A DNA stretch of 64,000 nucleotides from an uncultured Bacteroidales bacterium (GTDB taxonomy: Bacteria; Bacteroidota; Bacteroidia; Bacteroidales; UBA932), in NCBI GenBank assembly GCA_944326225.1, contig CALVDI010000006.1:1981-65980 (forward strand). The letters are read 5' to 3'. Within the stretch, counting starts at the first letter, position 1; each line of letters starts with the position of its first letter. The translations under genes and the position numbers were made by a program. The notes beneath the pieces were generated by a model. It worked only from the letters and a program-made list of their open reading frames with translations. It ran no database searches and was not told the DNA's origin. Below are positions 35,396 to 45,395 of the stretch, one piece after another.

Positions 35396-37339
35396 ATGTC
35401 GTATCTTAAATTTGACAAAGCAGAGTTGGTGAACCTGGAGTATTCCCTGGTTCGGGAGATTCTCGCCACCAACAAGACCGGCGGATACCTCAACACCACC
35501 ATTGTCGGTTGCAACACACGGAAATACCACGGTCTTTTCGTACTCCCCGTCAAGAATTTCGACAGCAGAAGGTATGTCCTCCTGTCATCTCTGGACGAGA
35601 CCCTGATCCAGCATGACAGGGACTTCAACCTCGGCATCCGCTGTTACGGCAAGAACAATTATGAGCCGCGCGGACACAAGTACATAGTGGACTTCGAGTT
35701 CGACAGGTATCCCGTCATCACCTACCGCGTCGGAGGCATCCTGATGAGCAAGTCTTTCCTCTTTCTGCACAACAAGGAGCAGTTGCTCATAAAGTACACC
35801 CTGCTGGATGCACATTCGGCCACTACGTTGCGTCTCAGGCCGTTCCTGGCATTCAGGGAGATACATGCGCTGACCCATGCCAATGACGCCGCTGACCGTA
35901 ACTACGCTGCTGTGGACGGAGGCGCGGCTTTCAGACTGTATGACGGATTTCCCGCCGTCAATATCCAGATAAACCGTAAGAACGACTATTTTCATAATCC
36001 GGACTGGTATTACAATGTCGAGTACCAGGAGGAGAAACGCAGGGGCTTCCCCTACGAGGAGGACCTGTTCACTCCGGGATATTTCGAGCTTCCTATAAAG
36101 AAAGGCGAGTCCGTGATAGTCTCGGTCTCCACGTCCCCGGCGGCGGTCAAGGGACTGGCGGGAGTATTTACCAGGGAGGAGGCCAGTAGGATATCCCTGC
36201 AGAGCTACGACGACTGTCTCAGACGGGCGGCCAAGCAGTTCATCATCAACAGCGGACGCGGGCTTAAAGAGATATACAGCGGCTATACCTGGCTGGGGAA
36301 AGGGCTGAGGGAGACGATGATAGCCCTGCCCGGCCTTACTTTGTCGGCAGAAGGGGATACCGGCACTTTCGAGGAGGTCATGGAGAGTGCTTTCAGGATA
36401 TACGGTCAGCAGATTCTGCACGGCTCCAGGCAGGCTGATGCGGCTCTTTGGATAATATGGGCGGTGCAGCAGTATGCGTCCTTTACGGGAGACACGCAGG
36501 GAGTATGGCTGAAATACAGGGACAGGCTCAGGGCCATAGTCCGGAGTTTCCTGGAAGGGGGCAGGATGGGAGTCCGTCTCGACGACAACGGCCTGCTCTG
36601 GGTCAGGATGAACGGTGTGGCCATGTCGTGGATGAACGCTTATGACAGCGAGGGCAATCCCGTGACCGAGCGGGCAGGGTATCAGGTGGAGACCAATGCT
36701 TTCTGGTACAATGCTGTGGCCTATGTGCTGGATATGGAGTCCCGTTACGGCAACGATACACGTCTGCTCTATGCCCTGCAGTCACTGAAAGACCGTATGG
36801 ATACTTCTTTCTACGATATGTTCTGGGATGAGGGACGCGGTCATCTGGCGGACTATGTGGACGAGCGCGGCAGGAATCTCTATATGAGGCCCAATCAGAT
36901 ATTTGCCTGTGCGCTGGAGTATTCGCCGCTTTCCGAGGAAGTCCGGGCAAATGTCATGGATGCTGTCAAGCGCGAGCTGCTGACCTCGCGGGGCATCCGC
37001 ACCCTTTCGCCGAAAAATCCCCTTTACAAAGGCGTATATGACGGAAACCAGAACCAGCGCGACCACGCCTATCATCAGGGCTCTACCAGGGTCTGGCTGC
37101 TGACATTCTACATAGAGGCCATGCTCAGACTGTATGGCGGCATGTTTGTCAGAAGGGCAGAGGAACTGACCGGTGCTTTTGAGGAGGATATAGAGCGTCA
37201 CGGAGTCGGCAGCATCTGCGAGCTTTACGACGGAGATCCCCCGCACAACCCTCACGGAGCTATCTCCAGTGCGGTGGCCACAGCGTCGCTTCTGCGTTCG
37301 GAATATCTGGTGGAACAATATAAAAAGGAGGAGTTATGA
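35396..37339 (+). CDS. Glycogen debranching enzyme (GDE_N + amylo-alpha-1,6-glucosidase GDE_C type)
   Basis: N-terminal GGY..TTIVGCNTRKYHGL pattern and an (alpha/alpha)6-type C-terminus. Confidence 0.75.
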   Translation: MSYLKFDKAELVNLEYSLVREILATNKTGGYLNTTIVGCNTRKYHGLFVLPVKNFDSRRYVLLSSLDETLIQHDRDFNLGIRCYGKNNYEPRGHKYIVDFEFDRYPVITYRVGGILMSKSFLFLHNKEQLLIKYTLLDAHSATTLRLRPFLAFREIHALTHANDAADRNYAAVDGGAAFRLYDGFPAVNIQINRKNDYFHNPDWYYNVEYQEEKRRGFPYEEDLFTPGYFELPIKKGESVIVSVSTSPAAVKGLAGVFTREEASRISLQSYDDCLRRAAKQFIINSGRGLKEIYSGYTWLGKGLRETMIALPGLTLSAEGDTGTFEEVMESAFRIYGQQILHGSRQADAALWIIWAVQQYASFTGDTQGVWLKYRDRLRAIVRSFLEGGRMGVRLDDNGLLWVRMNGVAMSWMNAYDSEGNPVTERAGYQVETNAFWYNAVAYVLDMESRYGNDTRLLYALQSLKDRMDTSFYDMFWDEGRGHLADYVDERGRNLYMRPNQIFACALEYSPLSEEVRANVMDAVKRELLTSRGIRTLSPKNPLYKGVYDGNQNQRDHAYHQGSTRVWLLTFYIEAMLRLYGGMFVRRAEELTGAFEEDIERHGVGSICELYDGDPPHNPHGAISSAVATASLLRSEYLVEQYKKEEL

Positions 37340-38616
37340 GAGTCTTGATGTTCGGGTGGGAGTTCCCCCCTCACATAGCCGGAGGTCTCGGAACAGCCTG
37401 TTACGGAATGGTCCGGGGTCTGGCCAACAACGGAGTGGACGTGCTGTTCGTGATGCCCTCGGCCTCCGGAGACGAGGACGGCAGGGTGGCGCGCATCATC
37501 AATGCCAGTGACGTGGAGGCTGCGGACATAACCTGCTCTCCTCTGGATTTTCTGGAACGGATCAATTTCCTGAGAATAGGGACAAACATGATTCCCTATG
37601 TCGATCCGGAGGACTTTACGGAGATGGTGGAGAAGGACCGGCATTCACAGGCGCAGGAGTTCAGGATCAATTTCAAACAGAAGTACAAGTTCTCCGGAAA
37701 GTACGGTACGAACCTTATGGAGGAGGTTGCCCGCTATGCTCTGGTGGGCGGAACTATTGCCATGCAGAATCAGTTCGATGTGATACATGCACATGACTGG
37801 CTTACCTATCCGGCCGGAGTGGCGGCCAAGAGGCTTACGGGCAAGCCGCTGGTGATACATGTCCATGCCACTGAGTATGACCGCAGCGGAGAGAACGTCA
37901 ATACTCAGGTGTATGCCCTTGAGAAGATGGGTATGGAGGCTGCTGACAGGGTCATAACGGTGAGCAACCTTACCCGCAACATAGTCATCAACCGTTACGG
38001 CATATCTCCGGACAAAGTCTTTACCGTCCACAATGCGGTGGACTTCAGCGGCCGCAGTGAGCTGGACGTACACCGGGGAGTGCCGGAAAAGGTAGTTACA
38101 TTCCTCGGCAGGATTACCTTCCAGAAGGGCCCGGAGTATTTCATAGAGGCGGCGAACAAGGTCTTGAAATACTATAAGAACGTCAGGTTCGTGATGGCAG
38201 GCAGCGGAGACCTGCTCAACCGCTCGATCCGCCGGGTGGCCAAGCTGGGCATATCCGACAGATTCCATTTCACCGGATTTCTCAGAGGAGCCGACGTGCA
38301 GCGTATGTTCGCTATGTCGGATGTGTATGTGATGCCGTCGGTGTCGGAGCCGTTCGGCATATCGCCCCTGGAGGCCATGAGGACCGGCGTACCGACCATC
38401 ATCTCGAAGCAGTCCGGCGTGGCTGAGGTGCTCAGACATTCCATCAAGGTGGACTTCTGGGATATAGACGCCATGGCCGATGCCATATACGGCATCCTCA
38501 GATATCCGGCTCTCGGAGTCATGGCCTCGCGCTGCGGTCTGGACGAGGTCAATACCCTCAAATGGAACAACGCGGCCAAGAAGATAAAGGAGATATATTT
38601 GTCAACAATCGATTAA
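37336..38616 (+). CDS. GT4 family glycosyltransferase (glycogen-synthase-like)
   Basis: FPPHIAGGLGTACYG N-terminus and C-terminal E-x7-E region (SEPFGISPLEAM). Confidence 0.75.
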   Translation: MRVLMFGWEFPPHIAGGLGTACYGMVRGLANNGVDVLFVMPSASGDEDGRVARIINASDVEAADITCSPLDFLERINFLRIGTNMIPYVDPEDFTEMVEKDRHSQAQEFRINFKQKYKFSGKYGTNLMEEVARYALVGGTIAMQNQFDVIHAHDWLTYPAGVAAKRLTGKPLVIHVHATEYDRSGENVNTQVYALEKMGMEAADRVITVSNLTRNIVINRYGISPDKVFTVHNAVDFSGRSELDVHRGVPEKVVTFLGRITFQKGPEYFIEAANKVLKYYKNVRFVMAGSGDLLNRSIRRVAKLGISDRFHFTGFLRGADVQRMFAMSDVYVMPSVSEPFGISPLEAMRTGVPTIISKQSGVAEVLRHSIKVDFWDIDAMADAIYGILRYPALGVMASRCGLDEVNTLKWNNAAKKIKEIYLSTID

Positions 38617-38627
38617 AACAAGCAATT

Positions 38628-39833
38628 ATGGAAACAAAACCCTCAATCTGCATATATTTTCAGGTGCATCAGCCTGACAGGCTCAGACAGTACCGCTTCT
38701 TCGATATAGGAAACGATCAGCACTATTACGATGACTTCGCCAACAGGACCATTCTGCGCCGTGTGGCCGACAGATGCTACCTGCCCATGAACAGGCTTCT
38801 GCTGGACGTGATAGCCGCCTGCGGCAAGAAATTCAAGGTGGCCTTCTCCATTTCCGGCTCAGTAATAGAGCAGTTCGAGGCCTATGCTCCGGAAGTTCTG
38901 GACAGTTTCAAGGAACTTGCCGGGACCGGCTGTGTGGAGTTCATCGCCGAGACATATTCCCATACACTTGCCTCCCTGTTCTCCATGAGTGAGTTCGAAA
39001 AGCAGGTCAAGCTGCATTCGGCCCTTATAGCCAAGCATTTCGGCAAGAAGCCCAAATGCTTCCGCAATACCGAGCTGATATACTCCGACGAGATCGGGGC
39101 TGCGGTCAGCAGGATGGGCTACACCTGTATGCTGACCGAGGGAGCCAGGCACATCCTGGGCTGGAAATCCCCCAACTACGTGTATGCCAACGCCGTCAAT
39201 CCGAAACTGAAACTGCTTCTGCGCAATTTTACCCTTAGCGATGACATCGCCTTCCGTTTCTCCGACCGTTCGTGGGAGAAATGGCCGGTGGATACGGGCA
39301 AGTATGTCTCATGGCTGCAGGATTCGATAAAGGACGGAGAGGTGATCAACCTCTTCATGGACTACGAGACGTTCGGGGAGCATCAGAGCGCGTCCACAGG
39401 TATATTCGAGTTCATGAAGGCCCTGCCCGAGGCAGTTCTTTCGCAGACAGACTTTGAGTTCTGCACCCCTTCTCAGGTCATTAAAAAGCATCAGCCGGTG
39501 GCTCCGCTCAACGTGCCGTTCCCTATATCCTGGGCCGACGAGGAGAGGGATACCACCGCATGGCTGGGCAATGAGCTGCAGAACGAGGCTTCCTCGAAGC
39601 TCTATGCCCTTACGGACAAAGTAATTGCCGCTGAAGACCCGAATATAGCCAGGGACTTCCTGAAGCTGCAGGAGAGCGACCATTTCTACTATATGTGTAC
39701 CAAGTTCTTCTCGGACGGCGCCGTACACAATTACTTCAATCCGTACGATACCCCTTACGAGGCGTTCATCAATTATATGAATGTCCTGAGTGACTTTATT
39801 CTGAGGGTGGACCGCAGACTTAAACAGGAATAG
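38628..39833 (+). CDS. GH57 family alpha-glucan-active enzyme (alpha-amylase / 4-alpha-glucanotransferase type)
   Basis: ICIYFQVHQP..., FMDYETFGEH motifs typical of GH57. Confidence 0.75.
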   Translation: METKPSICIYFQVHQPDRLRQYRFFDIGNDQHYYDDFANRTILRRVADRCYLPMNRLLLDVIAACGKKFKVAFSISGSVIEQFEAYAPEVLDSFKELAGTGCVEFIAETYSHTLASLFSMSEFEKQVKLHSALIAKHFGKKPKCFRNTELIYSDEIGAAVSRMGYTCMLTEGARHILGWKSPNYVYANAVNPKLKLLLRNFTLSDDIAFRFSDRSWEKWPVDTGKYVSWLQDSIKDGEVINLFMDYETFGEHQSASTGIFEFMKALPEAVLSQTDFEFCTPSQVIKKHQPVAPLNVPFPISWADEERDTTAWLGNELQNEASSKLYALTDKVIAAEDPNIARDFLKLQESDHFYYMCTKFFSDGAVHNYFNPYDTPYEAFINYMNVLSDFILRVDRRLKQE

Positions 39834-39860
39834 CAATAGTTACCGATATTTTGAATATTT

Positions 39861-42800
39861 ATGAGTACTGAAAAAGTAGTGATGCCCGACTATCTGTTCG
39901 AGGCAAGCTGGGAGGTGTGCAACAAGGTAGGAGGCATCCATACCGTTTTGGCCTCCAAGTCGCTGAATCTTTCCAAGGAATTAAAAAACAACCACATCCA
40001 TATAGGTCCGGATGTCTGGATGGATACTGCCCAGAACCCGGAATTCACCGAAGACCCCATTCTTTTCCGTACATGGCGCATGGCCGCAGCGGAGGAAGGA
40101 CTGAGGCTCAGGGTAGGCCGCTGGAACATCCCGGGCAAGCCCATAGCCGTGCTGGTGGATTTCTCGCAGTTCATCCCGAAGAAGAACGAGATATTCACCT
40201 CGCTGTGGGAGAAGTTCAAGCTGGACTCCATATCCGGGCAATGGGACTTTATAGAGTCGGCCCTGTTCGGCTATGCGGCCGGAAAGGTGATAGAGAGTTT
40301 CGTGCGCTTCAATCTCCAGCCGCATCACAAGGTCGTGGCTCATTTCCACGAGTGGATGACCGGTGCCGGTATCCTTTATCTCAAGAGCGTGAAGGCTCAT
40401 GTGGCCACTATCTTCACCACACACGCAACGGTGATCGGACGCTGCCTGGCCTGCAACAACGTGCCCCTGTACGATTCCCTGTCCAACTGCAACGCCGATG
40501 AGAAGGCCCGCTATTACAATGTGACCGCGAAACATTCCATGGAGAAGTGCGCGGCCTTGAACGCGGACGTATTCACCACGGTAAGCGACATTACGGCTAC
40601 GGAATGTGAGAAACTGCTGGGCAAGAAGGTGGACCTGATTACGCCCAACGGCTTTGACAACGGAATCGTGCCGCCCAAGGACAAACTTCAGAAGGCTGCC
40701 GCGGAGGGCAGGAAAGTCCTGCTTGACCTGGCCGGTGCCATGTGCGGAGAGGACTGCTCCGATGCGTTTATCCTGGGTATAAGCGGCCGCTATGAGTACA
40801 AGAACAAGGGCATAGACGTATTCCTGGACGTGCTGGGTAGACTGGGCAACTCCGGCTACAGCGGCCGTACAGTAGTGGCGTTCATCATGGTGCCCTCCGG
40901 TCACAACGGTCCGGACAAGGAGCTGGCGGCCAAGCTTGCCGGCAACGGCTCCGATTACCGTACTCTTACCACGCATCAGCTCCAGGACCCCGATTCGGAC
41001 ATCATCCTCAACCGTATGAAGGCCCTGAATCTGGTAAACAGGGAGGGCAGCAAGGTCAAGGTGTTCTTCGTCCCTTCATATCTCAACGGAGACGACGGCA
41101 TCATAGGCCGGAAATACTACGAGCTGCTGATGTCCATGGACATGACCCTCTTCCCTTCGTATTACGAGCCTTGGGGATATACTCCGCTGGAGTCCCTGGC
41201 CTTCGGTGTGCCGACACTGACGACGACTCTGGCCGGCTTCGGCCTGTGGGTGCGCAGCCATTACAATGCGGCCCATCCGTCCATCACCATAGTTCCCCGC
41301 AATGACTCCAACTACGGGCAGGTGGTGGACAATGTGCTCAAGGCCGTGATGGAGATGACCGCACTCTCCCCGGAGACCGTCCGTCAGTATAAGGACAATG
41401 CCGTAGAGGTATCGGAGATAGCTCTGTGGAAGCACAATATCTACTATTACAAGCAGGCCTATTCCCTGGCGATAGAGAGACTGGTGGAGGAGATGGGCGC
41501 CTTCCCCGAGTACAAGGAGGACCAGGTGCAGAACTATCACCGCTTTGAGGTGAACAGGCCGTCATGGAGCCGGATTCTGGTCACGAGGGACATGCCTGAG
41601 AGGCTCAAGGCTCTGGATGTCATATCGAAGAATCTCTGGTGGTGCTGGAACCAGGAGGCGATGGACCTGTTCCGTAGCATCAATGCGGATCTGTGGAAGG
41701 AGTGCGAGCGCAACCCCATAGCCCTGCTGGACAGACTTACGCTGGACGATTACAACCGCCTGGAGGCGGATACGGATTTCCTGGCCCGGATGGATGCCGT
41801 ATATGATATATTCAACACCTATATGGACGGCAAGAAAGACCGCAAGTCTCCCTCTATAGCTTATTTCAGCATGGAGTATGGTCTGGACACCTCCCTTAAG
41901 ATATATTCCGGAGGTCTGGGTATCCTCGCCGGAGACTACCTCAAGGAGTCCAGCGACATGAAGGTCAGGATGACTGGTGTCGGCCTGCTGTACCGTTACG
42001 GCTATTTCAGCCAGAGACTTACGGCGCAGGGAGATCAGGTGGCCGACTATGAGCCTCAGGATTTCTTCAAGATACCGGCCATGCCCGTGCGCGACGGGAG
42101 CGGCAACTGGAAGACTGTGTCGATAGTCTTCCCCGGCCGTACCGTATATGCCCGGATATGGAGGGTGGACGTAGGCCGTACCGAACTGTATCTGCTTGAT
42201 ACCGACTTTGAGGACAACCTGCCCGAGGACCGTCAGATCACCCATCATCTCTACGGAGGTGACTGGGAGAACCGCCTGAAGCAGGAGCTTCTGCTCGGTA
42301 TCGGAGGCATCCGGGCTCTGAGGACGCTGGGTATCCAGTGCGATATATATCACTGCAACGAGGGTCATGCCGCCTTTATCGGACTGGAGCGACTGCGGGA
42401 GTACGTGGCTCAGAATCTTTCGTTCTCCGAGGCTATGGAGCTCGTCAGATGCTCATCCCTCTTTACGACCCATACTCCGGTGCCGGCCGGACACGATGCC
42501 TTCAGCGAGGATATGCTCAGGACTTATATCAATCATTACCCTCAGAGGATGAAGATTGACTGGGAGACCCTGATGGCCCTGGGCAAGACCAATCCCGCCG
42601 ACCGCAACGAGAAGTTCTCCATGAGCAATCTGGCCTGCAACCTGTCACAGGAGGTCAACGGCGTGAGCTGGATGCACGGCAAGGTCAGCCAGCAGGTTCT
42701 GGGCGGTCTGTGGCCCGGTTATCTGCCGGAGGAACTGCACATAGGCTATGTGACCAACGGAGTGCATTATCCCACATGGACCGCGCCTCAGTGGAAGGAG

Positions 42801-44096
42801 ATTCACGCCAAGGTATTCGGCCCCGAGTTCGCCGCCCACAAATACGACAAGAAGTGCTTCGAGGGTATCTACAATGTAGACGACAGTGTGATCTGGAACG
42901 TGCGCAACGAGCTTCGTGCCAGGATGATAGAGGTGGTCAAGAAACGTATATCCAATACGGACATATCCAGCCACTACTCGCCTCATCAGATAGTGACCAT
43001 CCTGGACACTCTCCGCTCCGATGTGCTGACCATAGGCTTTGCCCGCAGATTCGCCACCTACAAGAGGGCGCATCTGCTGTTCCGCGACCTGAACCGCCTC
43101 AATGAGATAGTCAACAATCCGGACCGTCCGGTGCAGTTCATCTTCGCCGGTAAGGCGCATCCGGCCGACAAGGCTGGTCAGGATCTGATCAAGCGCATCG
43201 TGGACATATCCAAGATGCCTCAGTTCATAGGAAAGATAGTCTTTGTCCCCAACTATGACATGAATCTGGCCAAGGCTCTCGTACAGGGTGTGGACGTATG
43301 GATGAACACGCCTACCAGGCCTCTGGAGGCCTCCGGTACGTCCGGTGAGAAGGCCGCGATGAACGGAGTCATGCACTTCTCGGTACTTGACGGCTGGTGG
43401 ATAGAGGGCTATAAGAAGGATGCCGGCTGGGCTCTTCCCATGGAGAAGACCTACGATGACCAGAACTTCCAGGATGAGCTGGATGCCGCGACCATCTACA
43501 ACATCATAGAGAACGAGATAGCTCCGGGGTACTATGACGAGCGGGACAGGAAGACCGGAATCCCGTCCAGGTGGATTCAGTACATCAAGAACACGATTGC
43601 GCTCGTAGCCTCCAACTTCACTACCAACCGGATGCTGACGGATTATCTGGAGAAATATTACATGCCTCTTTATGAGAGGACACTCAGGCTCAATGCCGAT
43701 GACTGCGCCGTGGCCAAGGAGATAGCTTTCTGGAAGAAGAATATCCGCCACAGCTGGCAGCATATCGAGATAAAGGACTATGTGCGTCCTACGGACTCCA
43801 ACGACCAGCCGATGCTCGGCAAGGAGAGAGTCTTCCGGCTGGAACTCTTTATCGGGGATATCAATCCTCATGATATAGGTGTCGAACTGGTATGGGCGGA
43901 GCAGGACCGCAAGGGCGTGTTCCATGTACGCAAGTGCTTCACCTTCGACTATGAGTCGGGCGGAGACGGAACGGCCCGGTACGTCTGCCGTCTGGTGCCT
44001 ACCGCCACTGGAGTCTACTATCTTACAGTCAGGGTGTTCGCTAAGAATGATCTCCTGCCTCACCGTCAGGACTTAGAGTTGGTGAGATGGTTGTAG
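39861..44096 (+). CDS. Fusion protein: GT3 glycogen synthase (N, about 560 aa) + GT35 alpha-glucan phosphorylase (C, about 850 aa)
   Basis: N: LFEASWEVCNKVGGIHTVL (GT3). C: NLWWCWNQEA, YFSMEYGL..SGGLGILAGDYLK, NEGHAAF, SGTSGEKAAMNG (PLP-Lys region). One uninterrupted 1411-aa ORF. Confidence 0.8.
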   Translation: MSTEKVVMPDYLFEASWEVCNKVGGIHTVLASKSLNLSKELKNNHIHIGPDVWMDTAQNPEFTEDPILFRTWRMAAAEEGLRLRVGRWNIPGKPIAVLVDFSQFIPKKNEIFTSLWEKFKLDSISGQWDFIESALFGYAAGKVIESFVRFNLQPHHKVVAHFHEWMTGAGILYLKSVKAHVATIFTTHATVIGRCLACNNVPLYDSLSNCNADEKARYYNVTAKHSMEKCAALNADVFTTVSDITATECEKLLGKKVDLITPNGFDNGIVPPKDKLQKAAAEGRKVLLDLAGAMCGEDCSDAFILGISGRYEYKNKGIDVFLDVLGRLGNSGYSGRTVVAFIMVPSGHNGPDKELAAKLAGNGSDYRTLTTHQLQDPDSDIILNRMKALNLVNREGSKVKVFFVPSYLNGDDGIIGRKYYELLMSMDMTLFPSYYEPWGYTPLESLAFGVPTLTTTLAGFGLWVRSHYNAAHPSITIVPRNDSNYGQVVDNVLKAVMEMTALSPETVRQYKDNAVEVSEIALWKHNIYYYKQAYSLAIERLVEEMGAFPEYKEDQVQNYHRFEVNRPSWSRILVTRDMPERLKALDVISKNLWWCWNQEAMDLFRSINADLWKECERNPIALLDRLTLDDYNRLEADTDFLARMDAVYDIFNTYMDGKKDRKSPSIAYFSMEYGLDTSLKIYSGGLGILAGDYLKESSDMKVRMTGVGLLYRYGYFSQRLTAQGDQVADYEPQDFFKIPAMPVRDGSGNWKTVSIVFPGRTVYARIWRVDVGRTELYLLDTDFEDNLPEDRQITHHLYGGDWENRLKQELLLGIGGIRALRTLGIQCDIYHCNEGHAAFIGLERLREYVAQNLSFSEAMELVRCSSLFTTHTPVPAGHDAFSEDMLRTYINHYPQRMKIDWETLMALGKTNPADRNEKFSMSNLACNLSQEVNGVSWMHGKVSQQVLGGLWPGYLPEELHIGYVTNGVHYPTWTAPQWKEIHAKVFGPEFAAHKYDKKCFEGIYNVDDSVIWNVRNELRARMIEVVKKRISNTDISSHYSPHQIVTILDTLRSDVLTIGFARRFATYKRAHLLFRDLNRLNEIVNNPDRPVQFIFAGKAHPADKAGQDLIKRIVDISKMPQFIGKIVFVPNYDMNLAKALVQGVDVWMNTPTRPLEASGTSGEKAAMNGVMHFSVLDGWWIEGYKKDAGWALPMEKTYDDQNFQDELDAATIYNIIENEIAPGYYDERDRKTGIPSRWIQYIKNTIALVASNFTTNRMLTDYLEKYYMPLYERTLRLNADDCAVAKEIAFWKKNIRHSWQHIEIKDYVRPTDSNDQPMLGKERVFRLELFIGDINPHDIGVELVWAEQDRKGVFHVRKCFTFDYESGGDGTARYVCRLVPTATGVYYLTVRVFAKNDLLPHRQDLELVRWL

Positions 44097-44989
44097 CCGC
44101 TACGGGATTCTTCGACGGAGTTCATGCCGGACACCGGGCCGTGCTTCAGGTGCTGAAGGACACGGCCCGGGAAGAAGGCGAGGAGAGTGCCGTGATAACA
44201 TTCTGGCCTCATCCGCGCAATGTCCTGCAGCAGGATGCATCTACTTTCCGTCTGCTCAATACCCTGGAGGAGAAGAAGGCCCTGATACGGAATTTCGGCA
44301 TCGACCGGTTTCACGTCATACCGTTCACCAGGGATTTCAGCCGGTTGGATACTGCCGGCTTTATGAAGGAGTATCTGGTGGACCGTTTTCATGTGGACAC
44401 TCTCATCATCGGCTACGACCACCGTCTGGGCCGTTCGTCCACGGCGTCCAGGGAAGAGCTGGCGGCCATCGCCTCCACTGTCGGGCTGCGTACCCGCATA
44501 GTGGAGGAGGTACACTGCGATGAGCGGAAAGTCAGCTCCACTCAGATCCGCAACCTGCTCTCGGCCGGAGACGTGGTGACCGCCGCCCAGATGCTGGGCT
44601 ACCGGTATTCCCTGCTGGGAGTGGTGGTCTCCGGCAACATGCTGGGCAGGACGATGGGTTTCCCTACGGCAAATATGCAGCTCTACGAACCGTTGAAGAT
44701 GGTGCCTGCCGACGGAGTCTATGCGGTAAACGTGGATGTCCTGGGACAGCGGCGCGGAGGTATCTGCAACATCGGTACCCGCCCTACAGTCTCGGAAGGC
44801 AATGCCCGCACGATCGAGACCAATATCTTCGACTTCAACGAGAACATATACGGTCTCGACATCCGCATTGAGTTTGTGGCCCGCATCCGCGACGAGCACC
44901 GCTTCGCATCCCTTGACGACTTGCGGCATCAGCTGGAGAAAGATAGGGAATTAGCGGAGAAAATGTTATCTTTGTCCCGGAACGTATAA
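44087..44989 (+). CDS. ribF: Bifunctional riboflavin kinase / FMN adenylyltransferase
   Basis: GFFDGVHAGH, GYDHRLG, and C-terminal kinase GFPTAN...IETNIFDF. Confidence 0.9.
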   Translation: MVVAATGFFDGVHAGHRAVLQVLKDTAREEGEESAVITFWPHPRNVLQQDASTFRLLNTLEEKKALIRNFGIDRFHVIPFTRDFSRLDTAGFMKEYLVDRFHVDTLIIGYDHRLGRSSTASREELAAIASTVGLRTRIVEEVHCDERKVSSTQIRNLLSAGDVVTAAQMLGYRYSLLGVVVSGNMLGRTMGFPTANMQLYEPLKMVPADGVYAVNVDVLGQRRGGICNIGTRPTVSEGNARTIETNIFDFNENIYGLDIRIEFVARIRDEHRFASLDDLRHQLEKDRELAEKMLSLSRNV

Positions 44990-44999
44990 ATTGACGCAA

Positions 45000-45395
45000 A
45001 TGGAAGACTGGTTAGGTATTGTATTGGGAATCCTGTTTATTCTGGGACCGGCTCTGCTGGAGAAAGGCAGCAGGAAGAAAAAGCGCGGACAGAGACATGA
45101 ACGGCAGTTGCCGCAGCAGGATGAGGTGTATGGGCCGGAGCCGGTTCTGCGGCCTGAGACGACTGAGTCTCAGCTGCCCGAGGTAAGGCCGGTATATGTT
45201 CCGGTTCCGTCCGAAGAACCGATGACGTTCCCTGAGGAGACGGTCTCCAGTGAACCTGTTGCCCGGGAATCTGCTGCACCGGACAAGGCTGTTCCCGTTC
45301 CGGACCGCGGGAGCAATCCCCCTGCCCGCAGGAAACGCCGCTTCAATGGACGGGACATGATAATTTATTCCGAGATACTGAAGCCGAAATTTTAA
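45000..45395 (+). CDS. Small membrane-anchored Pro/Glu-rich protein
   Basis: N-terminal TM (WLGIVLGILFILGPALL), low-complexity middle, basic C-terminus. Confidence 0.5.
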   Translation: MEDWLGIVLGILFILGPALLEKGSRKKKRGQRHERQLPQQDEVYGPEPVLRPETTESQLPEVRPVYVPVPSEEPMTFPEETVSSEPVARESAAPDKAVPVPDRGSNPPARRKRRFNGRDMIIYSEILKPKF

